Shown here piece by piece: positions 39,756 to 49,213 of a stretch of 64,000 nucleotides of DNA (position 1 is the first letter of the stretch; each line of letters begins with the position of its first letter). Position numbers and translations under genes: made by a program. The notes under the pieces are model-generated. The model was not told the DNA's origin and did not search any database. It worked only from the letters and a program-made list of their open reading frames with translations. The stretch is from Alphaproteobacteria bacterium. Its GTDB lineage: Bacteria; Pseudomonadota; Alphaproteobacteria; JABAAW01. The stretch spans positions 1,612,315 to 1,676,314 of the forward strand of contig OZ244186.1 in assembly GCA_965216625.1 (NCBI GenBank), in the 5' to 3' direction.

Positions 39756-41072
39756 TCAAAGCCCGAGTCGCTTTGATTGCCGCGAAGCAAAAAGGGTGTC
39801 GGCTTCGAACTTGCGCCGTACAGCGCAAAACTCTTTCCATCGAGGATAGCCTTTGCGAAAGTTCTTTTTCGAGAGACGTGCGTCTTTCGTCAGATAGACG
39901 CGTCCTCCGACAGCATGCACGAGCGCGTCCAAATTTTCCAGCAGCGCGAAGACAAGCGCGTTGTTTTGAAAGTCGAGCGCAAGCGTGTAGCCCTCCTGAG
40001 GAAAGGACAGAGGAGACAGAGCGATCCCGCACCCCATCGTTTTCAGCACGGCGAGAAAGGACCCTTGTTGCGAAGCGACGACGCGTTGCAAAATTTCTTC
40101 TAGCACGTCGCGCCCGTCTTTTTTTGGCACGACGCACTGGTATTGCAAAAATCCGCGCTTGCCGTAGAGACGGTTCCAGTGTCGAATGCCATCGAGCGGA
40201 TAGAAGAACTTGTCGTATGCAACGATTCGCTCGACGGGCTTTTTGGCGCGACACCCGTAGTACACGGCGTTGAAGGCGCGCACGGAGAGGGGGTTGAGCA
40301 GGAAGGAAGGAGCGTTGCAGGGAACAGAGACGCGTCCTTTTTCTTCGATGCGCCATCCCGCGCGCTCGGCGTGTTCGGCGAGGAAGAGTACACCGCGCCC
40401 CAGATTTTTGCCTCGTGCAAGACAATCGAGCCACGCAACCGAGTAAGTTGTCTCGGCATAGCGTTCCAACAAATCGACGAGTTCCTGAAGATTGCGCGCG
40501 CGCTGGCTTGTCTCCAGCATGCATGCGCTCGGCACGCGCTTCATGCGTAAGGTTAGCTCGATCACAACCCCGACAAGTCCCATCCCGCCGCAGACGGCGT
40601 GAAACAGCTCGGCATTCTTGCGCTTTGAGCAGGAGACGATCGTGCCATCCGCGAGCATCACGCGCATGTCTTGTATGTGATGAGCAAAGCTTCCTTCTTT
40701 GTGATGGTTTTTGCCGTGCACATCGCTGGCGACAGCCCCTCCCAGCGTCACATGCCTTGTGCCAGGCGAGACAGGCACCGCCCACCCTACAGGCAGGAAG
40801 ACGCGCAATAGATCGTCGAGCGCAACGCCCGCCAGACATCGAAGGTATCCTGTGCGCGCGTCGAAGGCGCTGAGCGTGTCGAAGGCGCGCATGTCGAGGC
40901 TGACGGGCGCGAGCGCACAATCGCCGTAGCCGCGTCCGCAACCCCGTGCGATCAAACGCTCGCCGCGTGCGCGCGCAGAGCGAAAAACCTTTCGCAAGGC
41001 TTCCTCCGATGCAGGCGAGACGACCTGTGCCTCCAGCGAAGGATATCGCCCCCAGCCTGTTATGCTCGTCAT
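39756..41072 (-). CDS. FAD-linked oxidoreductase, DprE1-like
   Basis: GWGR, RGCGRGYGD, PGTRHVTLGGAVASDVHGKNHH, FFYPLD, WNRLYG, FLQYQ, GRVYLTKD. Confidence 0.85.
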   Translation of the reverse strand: MTSITGWGRYPSLEAQVVSPASEEALRKVFRSARARGERLIARGCGRGYGDCALAPVSLDMRAFDTLSAFDARTGYLRCLAGVALDDLLRVFLPVGWAVPVSPGTRHVTLGGAVASDVHGKNHHKEGSFAHHIQDMRVMLADGTIVSCSKRKNAELFHAVCGGMGLVGVVIELTLRMKRVPSACMLETSQRARNLQELVDLLERYAETTYSVAWLDCLARGKNLGRGVLFLAEHAERAGWRIEEKGRVSVPCNAPSFLLNPLSVRAFNAVYYGCRAKKPVERIVAYDKFFYPLDGIRHWNRLYGKRGFLQYQCVVPKKDGRDVLEEILQRVVASQQGSFLAVLKTMGCGIALSPLSFPQEGYTLALDFQNNALVFALLENLDALVHAVGGRVYLTKDARLSKKNFRKGYPRWKEFCAVRRKFEADTLFASRQSKRLGL

Positions 41073-41219
41073 AACTTCCTCACCCCTCTTAAACAATCTT
41101 GCTCGAACAATCTTGTTTCCCAATTTTTGCGCTCGTGCGTTGTCGCGCAAGGATTTTGCGCTTACTATAGGCAAAAGACAGAGGCAAAGGAGCTGTTCGT
41201 GCAGGAGGGAGGAAACGCG

Positions 41220-42143
41220 ATGCCAACAACTTTAAAACCACAGCAAGACAAAAAAACGCGAGCCTTGCAGTCGCGCCCCTTGTCGCTCTCTGTGCTTTCG
41301 CTGTTGCGTCCTTTGGAATGGAGCAAAGGTGTCTTCGTGCTCTTTCCTGCCTTGTTTTACGATGTCTCGCTCGTTGTGCGGGAGCCTGCATTGTGGGGAG
41401 CGGTGCTTGCGAGCTTTGTCCTTTTTTGCCTTGTTGCCTCCAGCGTCTATGTTTTCAACGACCTGTTGGACATCGAACAAGATCGCAAGCATCCGATCAA
41501 GCGACGCTCACGACCTCTCGCTTCAGGGGAGGTCTCCAAACCTTGGGCGTGGGGCATTTTTGTCGTGCTGTCGTCTGCCTGCTTTCTGTTGGCGGTAGCA
41601 TTTGTGCCTGCGGTGTTTCCCTTCCTGTCGATCTATTGGCTTTTGATGCTTGCATACAGCGCGGAGCTGAAGCATTGGGCGATCATCGATCTTTTTGTGA
41701 TCGCGTTCGGCTTCTGCCTTCGCGTCGAGGCGGGTGCGGCGGCGCTCGACTATCCCGCTTCGCTGTGGATGCTGGCTACGACCCTGTGCCTGTCGTTGTT
41801 CCTTGCCGCTTCCAAGCGCAGGCAAGAGACGCTCGCCAACAAGGCGCGCGCGCGGCGTGTGTTGAGCGTCTATTCCGTTTCTTTGATCGAGCGTTACATG
41901 ATGGTGGCGGCGGTTTGCACGCTGATGTTTTACAGCTTTTTTGCAACCGACATTCGTCCAGAGCTAGGTTATACGATTCCCCTCGTGCTGTTCGGCTTCT
42001 TCCGCTACTTGCTGCTGATCGAGCGCGGCTCTGACAAAGATTCTCCTAATGATTCTCCTACCGATCTGTTGTTTTCGGACAAACCTCTTTTGGCGTGCGT
42101 TGTCGTATGGGCGATGTTGTCGATGGTGTTGTTGTGGCACTAG
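41220..42143 (+). CDS. UbiA-family polyprenyl-phosphate phosphoribosyltransferase (Rv3806c/NoeC-like)
   Basis: LRPLEWSKGVFV, YVFNDLLDIEQDRKHPIKRRSRPLASG, KRRQE, SPTD; strong RBS GGAGGAGG. Confidence 0.85.
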   Translation: MPTTLKPQQDKKTRALQSRPLSLSVLSLLRPLEWSKGVFVLFPALFYDVSLVVREPALWGAVLASFVLFCLVASSVYVFNDLLDIEQDRKHPIKRRSRPLASGEVSKPWAWGIFVVLSSACFLLAVAFVPAVFPFLSIYWLLMLAYSAELKHWAIIDLFVIAFGFCLRVEAGAAALDYPASLWMLATTLCLSLFLAASKRRQETLANKARARRVLSVYSVSLIERYMMVAAVCTLMFYSFFATDIRPELGYTIPLVLFGFFRYLLLIERGSDKDSPNDSPTDLLFSDKPLLACVVVWAMLSMVLLWH

Positions 42144-42805
42144 CGGAGGGCTGTGAAGCCGCCGAAGAAGTTTCCGCAGAAGTTGCTGCAGAAGTTTCCG
42201 CAGAAGTTTCCATAGCCTTGGACGAGATTAAAAGCGGCAGGATGATCGTCGTCTCCGATGATGCGCAGAGGGAGAACGAGGGCGACCTGATTATGGCAGC
42301 GCAATACGCGACCGAGCAACAACTCGCCTTTTTCGTGCGTTACACCAGCGGCATCGTCACCGTGGCGATCTCTGCTGCGCGCGCCGCCTTGTTGCGCTGT
42401 CCGCCGATGGTGCCTCAGAACGAGGCGCCATTAGGGACAGCCTTCACCGTCTCGGTCGACGGGCGCGAGGGATTGACGACCGGCATCTCTGCCGAAGAGC
42501 GTGCAAGAACGATAAACACCCTCGCCTGTCCTCGTGCGAAGGCGGAGGATTTCGTCCGTCCTGGGCATGTCTTCCCTCTGATTGCGAGGGAGGGAGGCGT
42601 GTTGGAGCGCGCAGGACACACCGAAGCGGCTTACGACTTGGCGCGACTGGCAGGGGCAGAGCCCGTCGGCGTGCTTGCCGAGATCGTTTGCGACGACGGT
42701 AGCGTCGCCAAGGGGCAGGCGCTGGAAAAATTTGCCCTTACGCATGGGTTGAAAAGGCTTTCGATCGAAAATCTCATTCGCTGGCGGAGGATAAAGCAAC
42801 GATGA
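42134..42805 (+). CDS. ribB: 3,4-dihydroxy-2-butanone-4-phosphate synthase
   Basis: [39 protein letters not shown]; start uncertain. Confidence 0.93.
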   Translation: MALAEGCEAAEEVSAEVAAEVSAEVSIALDEIKSGRMIVVSDDAQRENEGDLIMAAQYATEQQLAFFVRYTSGIVTVAISAARAALLRCPPMVPQNEAPLGTAFTVSVDGREGLTTGISAEERARTINTLACPRAKAEDFVRPGHVFPLIAREGGVLERAGHTEAAYDLARLAGAEPVGVLAEIVCDDGSVAKGQALEKFALTHGLKRLSIENLIRWRRIKQR

Positions 42806-43782
42806 CGCACCCCTTAAAACTTCTCATCCTAGCTACAACCCTTCTGTTCCTCTCGTCGCCACTCCTCGCCAACAACGCTGAAGCCAAATCCAAAGCCAAA
42901 GCCAAATCCGCACCTCTCAAAATCGTCTCAACCGCAGCCCCCATACACGCGCTGCTCGTACATCTGACGCACGGCGCACAAAAGCCACTCCTGCTCCTAC
43001 CGCCAACCATAATGCCGCACGGCGCAAGACTCACGCCGTCGCAAGCGCGCATTCTGCACACCGCCAACCTGCTCGTGCTTATCGGAGAATCCTTCGCAGC
43101 ACTCGAAAACAATATCAAGCCAAACGCAACCCGCCATATCGTCCACCTCACAGAACTGAAGGGAATCACAACCCTGCCACTCGTACAAAAGCACGACGAA
43201 GAGGAACACGACGAAGATGAGCATGAAGCGGGAGAGCATCGTCACGAAGGCAGCGTCGATCCGCATGTGTGGCTCGATGTGGAGAACGCTCGTGTGATCG
43301 TCAAGCGTCTTGCCGAGGTTTTGGCACAGCGCGACCCCCGCAACGCCGCGCTGTATCGCAAGAATGCGCGCAAGCAAGACCTATCTCTGCGTGCGCTCGA
43401 CCAAGAGGTGCGCTCAATCGTGCGCGAGATTTCGACAAGTTCTGTTGCGGCAAAATTTCTCGTGCTTCACGATTCCACCGCCTACTTTACGGCGCGCTAT
43501 GGCATTCGCGGCAAGGAGCGTCTCTACGCTGCGCGTCACAACGCCACGCGCGATGGTATGCGACATACTTTGAATGTGCGCAAAAAGCTGCGTAGCGGAG
43601 ACTATCGTTGCGTCATCGTCCAACCGCAACTGCCGCACGAGGTGCGGACACGACTTTTAGGCTCTGAGACGCGGGTTGTTGTCATCGATCCTTTGGGGGC
43701 AAAGTTGCCGCAAGACGAAACTTTTTACGCTGCTTTGTTGAGGTCTGTTGCCGCGGGCTTTCGGGAATGCCTTGCTCGCTAG
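42802..43782 (+). CDS. znuA: Zinc ABC transporter substrate-binding protein
   Basis: Signal peptide, His/Glu-rich loop, DPHVWLD, VLHDS. Confidence 0.9.
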   Translation: MTHPLKLLILATTLLFLSSPLLANNAEAKSKAKAKSAPLKIVSTAAPIHALLVHLTHGAQKPLLLLPPTIMPHGARLTPSQARILHTANLLVLIGESFAALENNIKPNATRHIVHLTELKGITTLPLVQKHDEEEHDEDEHEAGEHRHEGSVDPHVWLDVENARVIVKRLAEVLAQRDPRNAALYRKNARKQDLSLRALDQEVRSIVREISTSSVAAKFLVLHDSTAYFTARYGIRGKERLYAARHNATRDGMRHTLNVRKKLRSGDYRCVIVQPQLPHEVRTRLLGSETRVVVIDPLGAKLPQDETFYAALLRSVAAGFRECLAR

Positions 43783-43804
43783 AATAAAGCTGTAAAGTGA
43801 ACCG

Positions 43805-44548
43805 ATGAGCCAGCCCACAAACAAGCCGCGCAAAAAACAATCAGAAGTCCTGCTCCGCGCAGACAACCTCTCTGTCTCGCGCGGCGGCAAGCAACTGCTG
43901 GAAGAAGTGTCCATCACGCTAAAACGCGAAGAGATCGTAACCCTCCTCGGTCCAAACGGCGGCGGCAAAACAACCCTTCTGCAAAGCCTGCTAGGACTCT
44001 ATCGTGCCTCGAACGGCAAGGTCTCGCGCGCCAAAGGAATTCGTATCGGCTATGTTCCGCAAAAGCTGAACCCTAGCCCGCTCATGCCGCTCAGCCTTCG
44101 TCGCTTTGCCCATCTTAGCAGCGACGCCTCCGTCGAGCGCATCGAACAAAGTTTTTCGGAGCTGGGATTGTCATCCCTAGCATCGCATCCGTTGTACACG
44201 CTCTCAGGCGGCGAGCTTCAAAAAGCCATGCTTGCACGCGCAACGGCAAAGCAACCCGATTGTCTTGTGTTGGACGAACCCCTCTCCGGCGTCGACGAGG
44301 CGGGACGCATCCGTCTCTACGGCTGGCTGGAGAGTTACAGCCGCCGTAATCGCTGCGCCATCCTGATGGCATCGCACGATCTGCATCTCGTGATGGCAGC
44401 AACCGATCGTGTCTTGTGCCTCGAGCGTCGTATCCGTTGCGAGGGCAAGCCGCAAACCGTCTCGCAAAGCAAAGCCTTCATACGGCTTTTCGGCAACAAT
44501 CGCTACGCGCTGTATGCGCACAAGCACAAGACGAACGAGCGGCAATAG
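43805..44548 (+). CDS. znuC: Zinc ABC transporter ATPase
   Basis: GPNGGGKTT, LSGGE, SHDLHLVM, C-terminal YAHKH. Confidence 0.92.
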   Translation: MSQPTNKPRKKQSEVLLRADNLSVSRGGKQLLEEVSITLKREEIVTLLGPNGGGKTTLLQSLLGLYRASNGKVSRAKGIRIGYVPQKLNPSPLMPLSLRRFAHLSSDASVERIEQSFSELGLSSLASHPLYTLSGGELQKAMLARATAKQPDCLVLDEPLSGVDEAGRIRLYGWLESYSRRNRCAILMASHDLHLVMAATDRVLCLERRIRCEGKPQTVSQSKAFIRLFGNNRYALYAHKHKTNERQ

Positions 44549-44570
44549 CCAAGATTCTCTCGTCCTTGCC

Positions 44571-45380
44571 ATGCTTTCTCTGTTGTTCGATCCCTTCCTT
44601 TGGAACGCGCTGTGCGCAGCGGTTTTGTTGGCGTGCATATCCGGTCCTCTTGGCTGCATCACCGTTTGGAAGGGCATGGCGCGATTCGGAGAAACCTTCG
44701 CGCATGTAGCACTCTTCGGCGCGGTGATCGCCGTCTTGGGAGGCTTGCTGCCAAGCATCGGCATGGTGACGATCGCACTTGTGCTTTCGCTGCTCTTGCC
44801 GCTGCTCGCCGAGCGCACGCGCCTTCCCATCGACAGCCTCTTAGGGATATTAGCGCCTAGTAGCGTCGCGCTTGCGCTCGTCTTGGCGCAAGGTACAAGC
44901 CTCTCCATAGACTTCGAGGCACTGCTGTTCGGAGAACTGCTGACAACGACAAAAAGCGACCTGACTTTGATCCTCGTCGGCATCGCAACGACAAGCATCC
45001 TGCTCGCTTGCGTGTGGCGCGCCGTGCTGCTGGATGTGCTCAGCCGAGACCTCGCGCTGAGCGAGGGACTGCCCGTGCGACTCTACGATATCCTGACAAC
45101 CGCCATGCTGGGGATATTCATCGCCTTGGGCGTTCGGATCGCAGGCTTGCTGTTGATCAACGCCTTTTTAGTTATTCCCGCATCCTGCCTCGTGATGCTG
45201 TCGCGCCGTAGTGTGCTCTTGCAAAATCCCGAACGCATGGCTTTGGGCGCGGTTATCGTCAATATCGTCTGCGTGCTGGCAGGCTTTGCGCTGGCGCTGG
45301 CAGCCGATCTGCCCGCAGGAGCGAGCATCTGTGCCGTGCTGTTCTTCGTCTTTTGCTTGATGTCGCTCTTCGTGCGCTGA
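44571..45380 (+). CDS. znuB: Zinc ABC transporter permease
   Basis: GPLGCITVWKGMARFGETFAH, LLFGELL. Confidence 0.9.
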   Translation: MLSLLFDPFLWNALCAAVLLACISGPLGCITVWKGMARFGETFAHVALFGAVIAVLGGLLPSIGMVTIALVLSLLLPLLAERTRLPIDSLLGILAPSSVALALVLAQGTSLSIDFEALLFGELLTTTKSDLTLILVGIATTSILLACVWRAVLLDVLSRDLALSEGLPVRLYDILTTAMLGIFIALGVRIAGLLLINAFLVIPASCLVMLSRRSVLLQNPERMALGAVIVNIVCVLAGFALALAADLPAGASICAVLFFVFCLMSLFVR

Positions 45381-45392
45381 TAAACGCACTGA

Positions 45393-45440
45393 CAAAACGC
45401 GCGGGCAAAACGTGCGGGCAAAACGTGCGGGCAAAACGTG
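45393..45440 (+). repeat. 13-bp tandem repeat, about 3.7 copies
   Basis: CAAAACG(C/T)GCGGG units between znuB and olsB. Confidence 0.85.
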
Positions 45441-45503
45441 TTAGCGTTGCGCTCGAGGGCGCTTGTTGGCTAGAGTAGAGAGAACGCGAGAGAGAGAGAC
45501 GAT

Positions 45504-46376
45504 GTGACCATATCTGCAAACCCCGAGCAAGATAGAGCGAAGGAAGAACCTCCTGATTTCTCTCCCTATTCTACTTCGATCTTCGAGGTGTCCCTCGCTG
45601 CGAGCGAGGAGGATATCGCTGCGGCGCAGGACTTGCGCTATCGCGTCTTCTACGAGGAAATGTCCGCCGAACCCACGGCGGAAGCGGCGCGCTGTCGTCG
45701 CGAGGTGGATCCCTACGACACCCAAGCCGAGCACCTGCTTATCCGCGAGCGCGAACACGGCACGCTGATCGCCTGCTATCGCCTGATGCGCCGCGCGCGC
45801 TTGCCGAGCAACACGCCCTTCTACAGCGAAAGCGAGTTCGATCTTTCGCGCCTACTGTCGCATCCCTTAGCGTCCGATTCGCTGGAGCTTTCGCGCGCCT
45901 GCGTAGCCAAGAGCTTCCGCACGATGCGCGTCCCTGCGTTGCTTCTCATAGCGATGGGCTACTATGTCAAATATCACAACATTCGTATGCTTTTCGGTTG
46001 CGGATCGTTTCCTGGCATCGACCCCGATGCCTTGGCGATGCCTCTGTCGTGGATGTGGCACCACCACCTTGCCCCTGAGCCCTTGCGCGGCAAGGCGTTG
46101 GAGCATCTGTTTGAGCCAATGAACCGCGTCCCCAAAGACGACCTGATCGCAAAGAAAGCGTTGCACATCATGCCGCCGCTCATCAAGGGCTACCTGCGTA
46201 TGGGATGCTTCGTCGGCGACGGTGCCGTCATCGACCATCGCTTCAAGACAACCGACATCCTGCTGGTCTTGCCGATCAGCGACGACTTGATCGATCGCCG
46301 CTACTACCGCCGTTATTTTTTAAAGGACGCCGCGCGCAACGCCACTGCTCGCAACGCAAAACCTGCGCAAACCTGA
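45504..46376 (+). CDS. olsB: Ornithine N-acyltransferase (GNAT), OlsB
   Basis: AQDLRYRVFYEEM, LELSRACV, LFGCGSF, PPLIKGYLRMG, FKTTD. Confidence 0.85.
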   Translation: MTISANPEQDRAKEEPPDFSPYSTSIFEVSLAASEEDIAAAQDLRYRVFYEEMSAEPTAEAARCRREVDPYDTQAEHLLIREREHGTLIACYRLMRRARLPSNTPFYSESEFDLSRLLSHPLASDSLELSRACVAKSFRTMRVPALLLIAMGYYVKYHNIRMLFGCGSFPGIDPDALAMPLSWMWHHHLAPEPLRGKALEHLFEPMNRVPKDDLIAKKALHIMPPLIKGYLRMGCFVGDGAVIDHRFKTTDILLVLPISDDLIDRRYYRRYFLKDAARNATARNAKPAQT

Positions 46377-46401
46377 CCCCTCCAAGAGGACAGGAGACCT
46401 C

Positions 46402-47283
46402 GTGTTCTGCGAAGCCGATCGGCAAACTCTGTCCTCTCTGTACAGAAACGCACGTTTTCGCATCTCTTGGGGGAGAATTGTCATCAAATTGACCTGCGTC
46501 GTGCTGCTACTTGTCGCAAACACGATCGTTTTCCTGCCCTTTGCTCTGTTACGCCGCCTGCCGCCGAGAGCCTTGCGATCACTCTTTTATAAAATTTATA
46601 CGCGCATTTTAGGCATCTCGCTACGCACGCACGGCGCGGCGGCGGATGCATCGCATGTGCTTTATGTTTCTAATCACATTTCTTACATCGACATCGCGGC
46701 TCTGATGTCCTTGACGGGCGCGCGTTTCGTCTCGCGCGGCGACATAGCGAGCCTTCCCTTCTTCGGGTGGTTGATGAAATGTTACGGCACTGTGTTCATC
46801 CATCGCAGCCGCGTCGATGTTCGAGGACAAATTTCTCTGCTGCAGCGTCTTTTGGACGAGGGCAGCCCTCTGCTGTTGTTCGGAGAAGGCACGACCAGCG
46901 ACGGCAGAGGTGTCCTCCCTGTCAAGTCCAGCCTTTTTGCCGCCTTCGAATCACTCCACGCGAATAACCTCGCCATACAGCCCATCAGCCTACGCTACAG
47001 CCTGCTGGACGGACTGCCCTTGAGCACCCAATGGGAACCCCTGTGCGCATGGCACGGCGAAATGTCCTTCTTGCCACACTTGCGAGAAGCCTTGAGCCTG
47101 CATAGAATTACGATCGATGTCTATGTCCATCCTTCCACGCCCATAGCGAAAATCCAACCCGCGCGAAAAGACATCGGAAGAAAAGATATGGCGCGTTTCT
47201 GCCAAGAGGAAATTCAGAAAGGATGCGCGCTGCTACGCTACTTTGGGCAGGAAGATACCTCCCCCTCGCCTCCCAAAAAATGA
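46402..47283 (+). CDS. Lysolipid acyltransferase (OlsA/PlsC family)
   Basis: SNHISYID, FGEGTTSDG, KSSLF; follows olsB. Confidence 0.85.
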   Translation: MFCEADRQTLSSLYRNARFRISWGRIVIKLTCVVLLLVANTIVFLPFALLRRLPPRALRSLFYKIYTRILGISLRTHGAAADASHVLYVSNHISYIDIAALMSLTGARFVSRGDIASLPFFGWLMKCYGTVFIHRSRVDVRGQISLLQRLLDEGSPLLLFGEGTTSDGRGVLPVKSSLFAAFESLHANNLAIQPISLRYSLLDGLPLSTQWEPLCAWHGEMSFLPHLREALSLHRITIDVYVHPSTPIAKIQPARKDIGRKDMARFCQEEIQKGCALLRYFGQEDTSPSPPKK

Positions 47284-47330
47284 CGCGGAAATTGCGCGTG
47301 TCGTAGAATTGAAACTCATCGTCCTTGTCC

Positions 47331-47885
47331 TCAAGAGACAGCCCTTACCCTCCCTTGCGTCCAAGGGGGGTTCGATGCCAAAACGCGCGCATAGACAGGG
47401 CATGCACGCGCGTGCGCGTCTGGAAGGTAGCCTGTGCCTGTAAGAAACTCGCCTACGATCTCAACGCCGACAAAGCGGAAGGTTTGACGAAAAAGCTTGA
47501 CCCACGCCTCGCGCTCCAAGGGATGATGCTCGTCGAGCCAAGCCTTGAACGAGCCATATTTCGATGCAAGCTCGCCTATTCGCTGGGCGTTGAAGATGGC
47601 AGCTTCGATCTTGAGGCGATGGCGAATGATGCTCGAATCCTGCATCAGACGAGCGATGTCGGGCGAGGAAAACTTTGCTACGCGCGCGACAGAAAAGTCG
47701 GCGTAGGCTTTTTTCAACGCCGTGCGTTTCTTGATAACCGTCAGCCACGAAAGTCCCGCTTGATTGATTTCCAAAAGAAGATACTCGAATAGGCGATCGT
47801 CGCTCTCCACAGGAAAGCCGTGTTCAAGGTCGTGGTGCTGCTGCAACAAAGGATGCGCACGCGCGGCAAGGCAGTAAGCAGACAC
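47331..47885 (-). CDS. tag: DNA-3-methyladenine glycosylase I
   Basis: HHDLEHGFP, LEINQAGLSW, IIRHRLKI, FRFVG, DAHARAC; GTG start inferred inside a longer ORF. Confidence 0.88.
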   Translation of the reverse strand: MSAYCLAARAHPLLQQHHDLEHGFPVESDDRLFEYLLLEINQAGLSWLTVIKKRTALKKAYADFSVARVAKFSSPDIARLMQDSSIIRHRLKIEAAIFNAQRIGELASKYGSFKAWLDEHHPLEREAWVKLFRQTFRFVGVEIVGEFLTGTGYLPDAHARACPVYARVLASNPPWTQGRVRAVS

Positions 47886-47902
47886 AACAGAGAATAACCT
47901 TG

Positions 47903-48154
47903 TTAAATCAAGCGTGCGAGCGCAACCCACAACAACGTCGTCAGTAGAACTGCCAACAACGAGACGACAAGTGCCTTGCGCCACAGCACCCTCGCGCTGA
48001 TGTCGCTGCCTGCATTTTTTTTTGCGACATTTTTTTTTGCGCCTTTCGCACGGGATGGCTTCGCAAAGCCTACTCGTAGCGGCAGGACGAGAAACCACAG
48101 CAATCCCCACACGAAAGCATAGGAGAAAAGCCACAGGGAGAAAGATTTTGTCAT
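47903..48154 (-). CDS. DUF1467 family small membrane protein
   Basis: VWGLLWFLVLP...LWRKALV; follows mce. Confidence 0.7.
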   Translation of the reverse strand: MTKSFSLWLFSYAFVWGLLWFLVLPLRVGFAKPSRAKGAKKNVAKKNAGSDISARVLWRKALVVSLLAVLLTTLLWVALARLI

Positions 48155-48654
48155 GCTTGCTCCGAGGAGGAGGGGGAGGGGGAGGGGTCGATTCCCTCAA
48201 CCTCGACGAGCGCGCCGTCGAGCGCTTGAGGGTGTAAGAAGAAGATGGGATTGTCGTGCGCACCGCGCGTGATGCGCGCGTCGTTTGCAAACGGCACATT
48301 TTTCTGTTGCAACCTTGCGTGCAGGGTCTCAAGGTTTTGCGTCTCGAAACAGATATGATGAATACCGCCGCGCGGATTTTTGGCAAGAAAGGATGCAAGG
48401 GGCGAGCGATCGCCGAAGGGCTCCAACAGCTCTAGGCGAGTATTGTCGAGATCAAAAAAGACGACGCGCACGCCATGCTCTTCCAGCGTTTGGCAGGGCG
48501 ATGGGGGGCGTTGCAGAACCGCTTGCCAACGCAGCAAGGCTGCCGCTAACGAGGGCACGACGACGGCGACATGCCCCAACCTCAGCGCATCACGAGGGGG
48601 CGGCGGAGGGGGGTGCGAAGGGCTTGTTGTCTGTTGCGCTTTTTTCATGGTCAT
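48151..48654 (-). CDS. mce: Methylmalonyl-CoA epimerase
   Basis: LGHVAVVVP, EHGVRVVF, GGIHHICF, GAHDNPIFFLHP. Confidence 0.9.
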   Translation of the reverse strand: MTMKKAQQTTSPSHPPPPPPRDALRLGHVAVVVPSLAAALLRWQAVLQRPPSPCQTLEEHGVRVVFFDLDNTRLELLEPFGDRSPLASFLAKNPRGGIHHICFETQNLETLHARLQQKNVPFANDARITRGAHDNPIFFLHPQALDGALVEVEGIDPSPSPSSSEQA

Positions 48655-48802
48655 GCTCTGCTAGTCGCCTCGACCTGTTGAGGGTTGCTTGGGATTGATT
48701 CTTGGTCTTTGATTCTTGTCTTTGATTCTTGGCATCATTCGTGTTATACACGCGCGAGCGGTAGGTGGGGATGCCTTTTATGCTTTTTGGGAGAGTTCGT
48801 TC

Positions 48803-49195
48803 ATGACAAAAACTTTGTTTTCTTTGCAGCTTTGTTTTCTGCTTTGTTTTTTTGGCCTTGTGCTGCTGTCGTCGGATGCCGCTGCGCACCATGTCTACGG
48901 CATCGAGGTCTCGCCTGCCTTCGAGCTTGTTCATGGCTTGGTGGAACCCGTCCTCTTCGCCTTGAGCGGAGCATGCCTTGCCGCCTTCTTGTCGCGGCGC
49001 GCACCCGCCAGACTTTTGGTAGCACTCGTCTTCAGCTTCGTCTTCGGCTTTGTTGGATTGGGCTTGGCACTCGCCTCTGTGATCGAGGAGGGGGTAGGCT
49101 TGTTCTTGCTGTGGGACGCGCTTGCGGGGGGGTTGTTTTTCGCGCTCGTAAAACGCGGACGGGTGGGCGTGAGGCGCAACGCCAAACTTTTTTAA
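48803..49195 (+). CDS. Small membrane protein, weakly HupE/UreJ-like
   Basis: Signal peptide ending AAAHH, then HGLVEPV and three TM segments. Confidence 0.4.
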   Translation: MTKTLFSLQLCFLLCFFGLVLLSSDAAAHHVYGIEVSPAFELVHGLVEPVLFALSGACLAAFLSRRAPARLLVALVFSFVFGFVGLGLALASVIEEGVGLFLLWDALAGGLFFALVKRGRVGVRRNAKLF

Positions 49196-49213
49196 CTAAG
49201 GCATCTCTGACGC

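Noticed and set aside
38747-40273. 508-aa + strand ORF and similar long antisense ORFs (5956-7500, 20293-21654, 16316-17365)
   Set aside because: They are shadows of well-supported genes or a tRNA in GC-rich DNA, with Arg/Ala/Ser-rich low-information translations.
47331-48398. 355-aa ORF as an N-terminally extended Tag
   Set aside because: The extension overlaps mce and DUF1467 in other frames; Tag homology starts near 47885.
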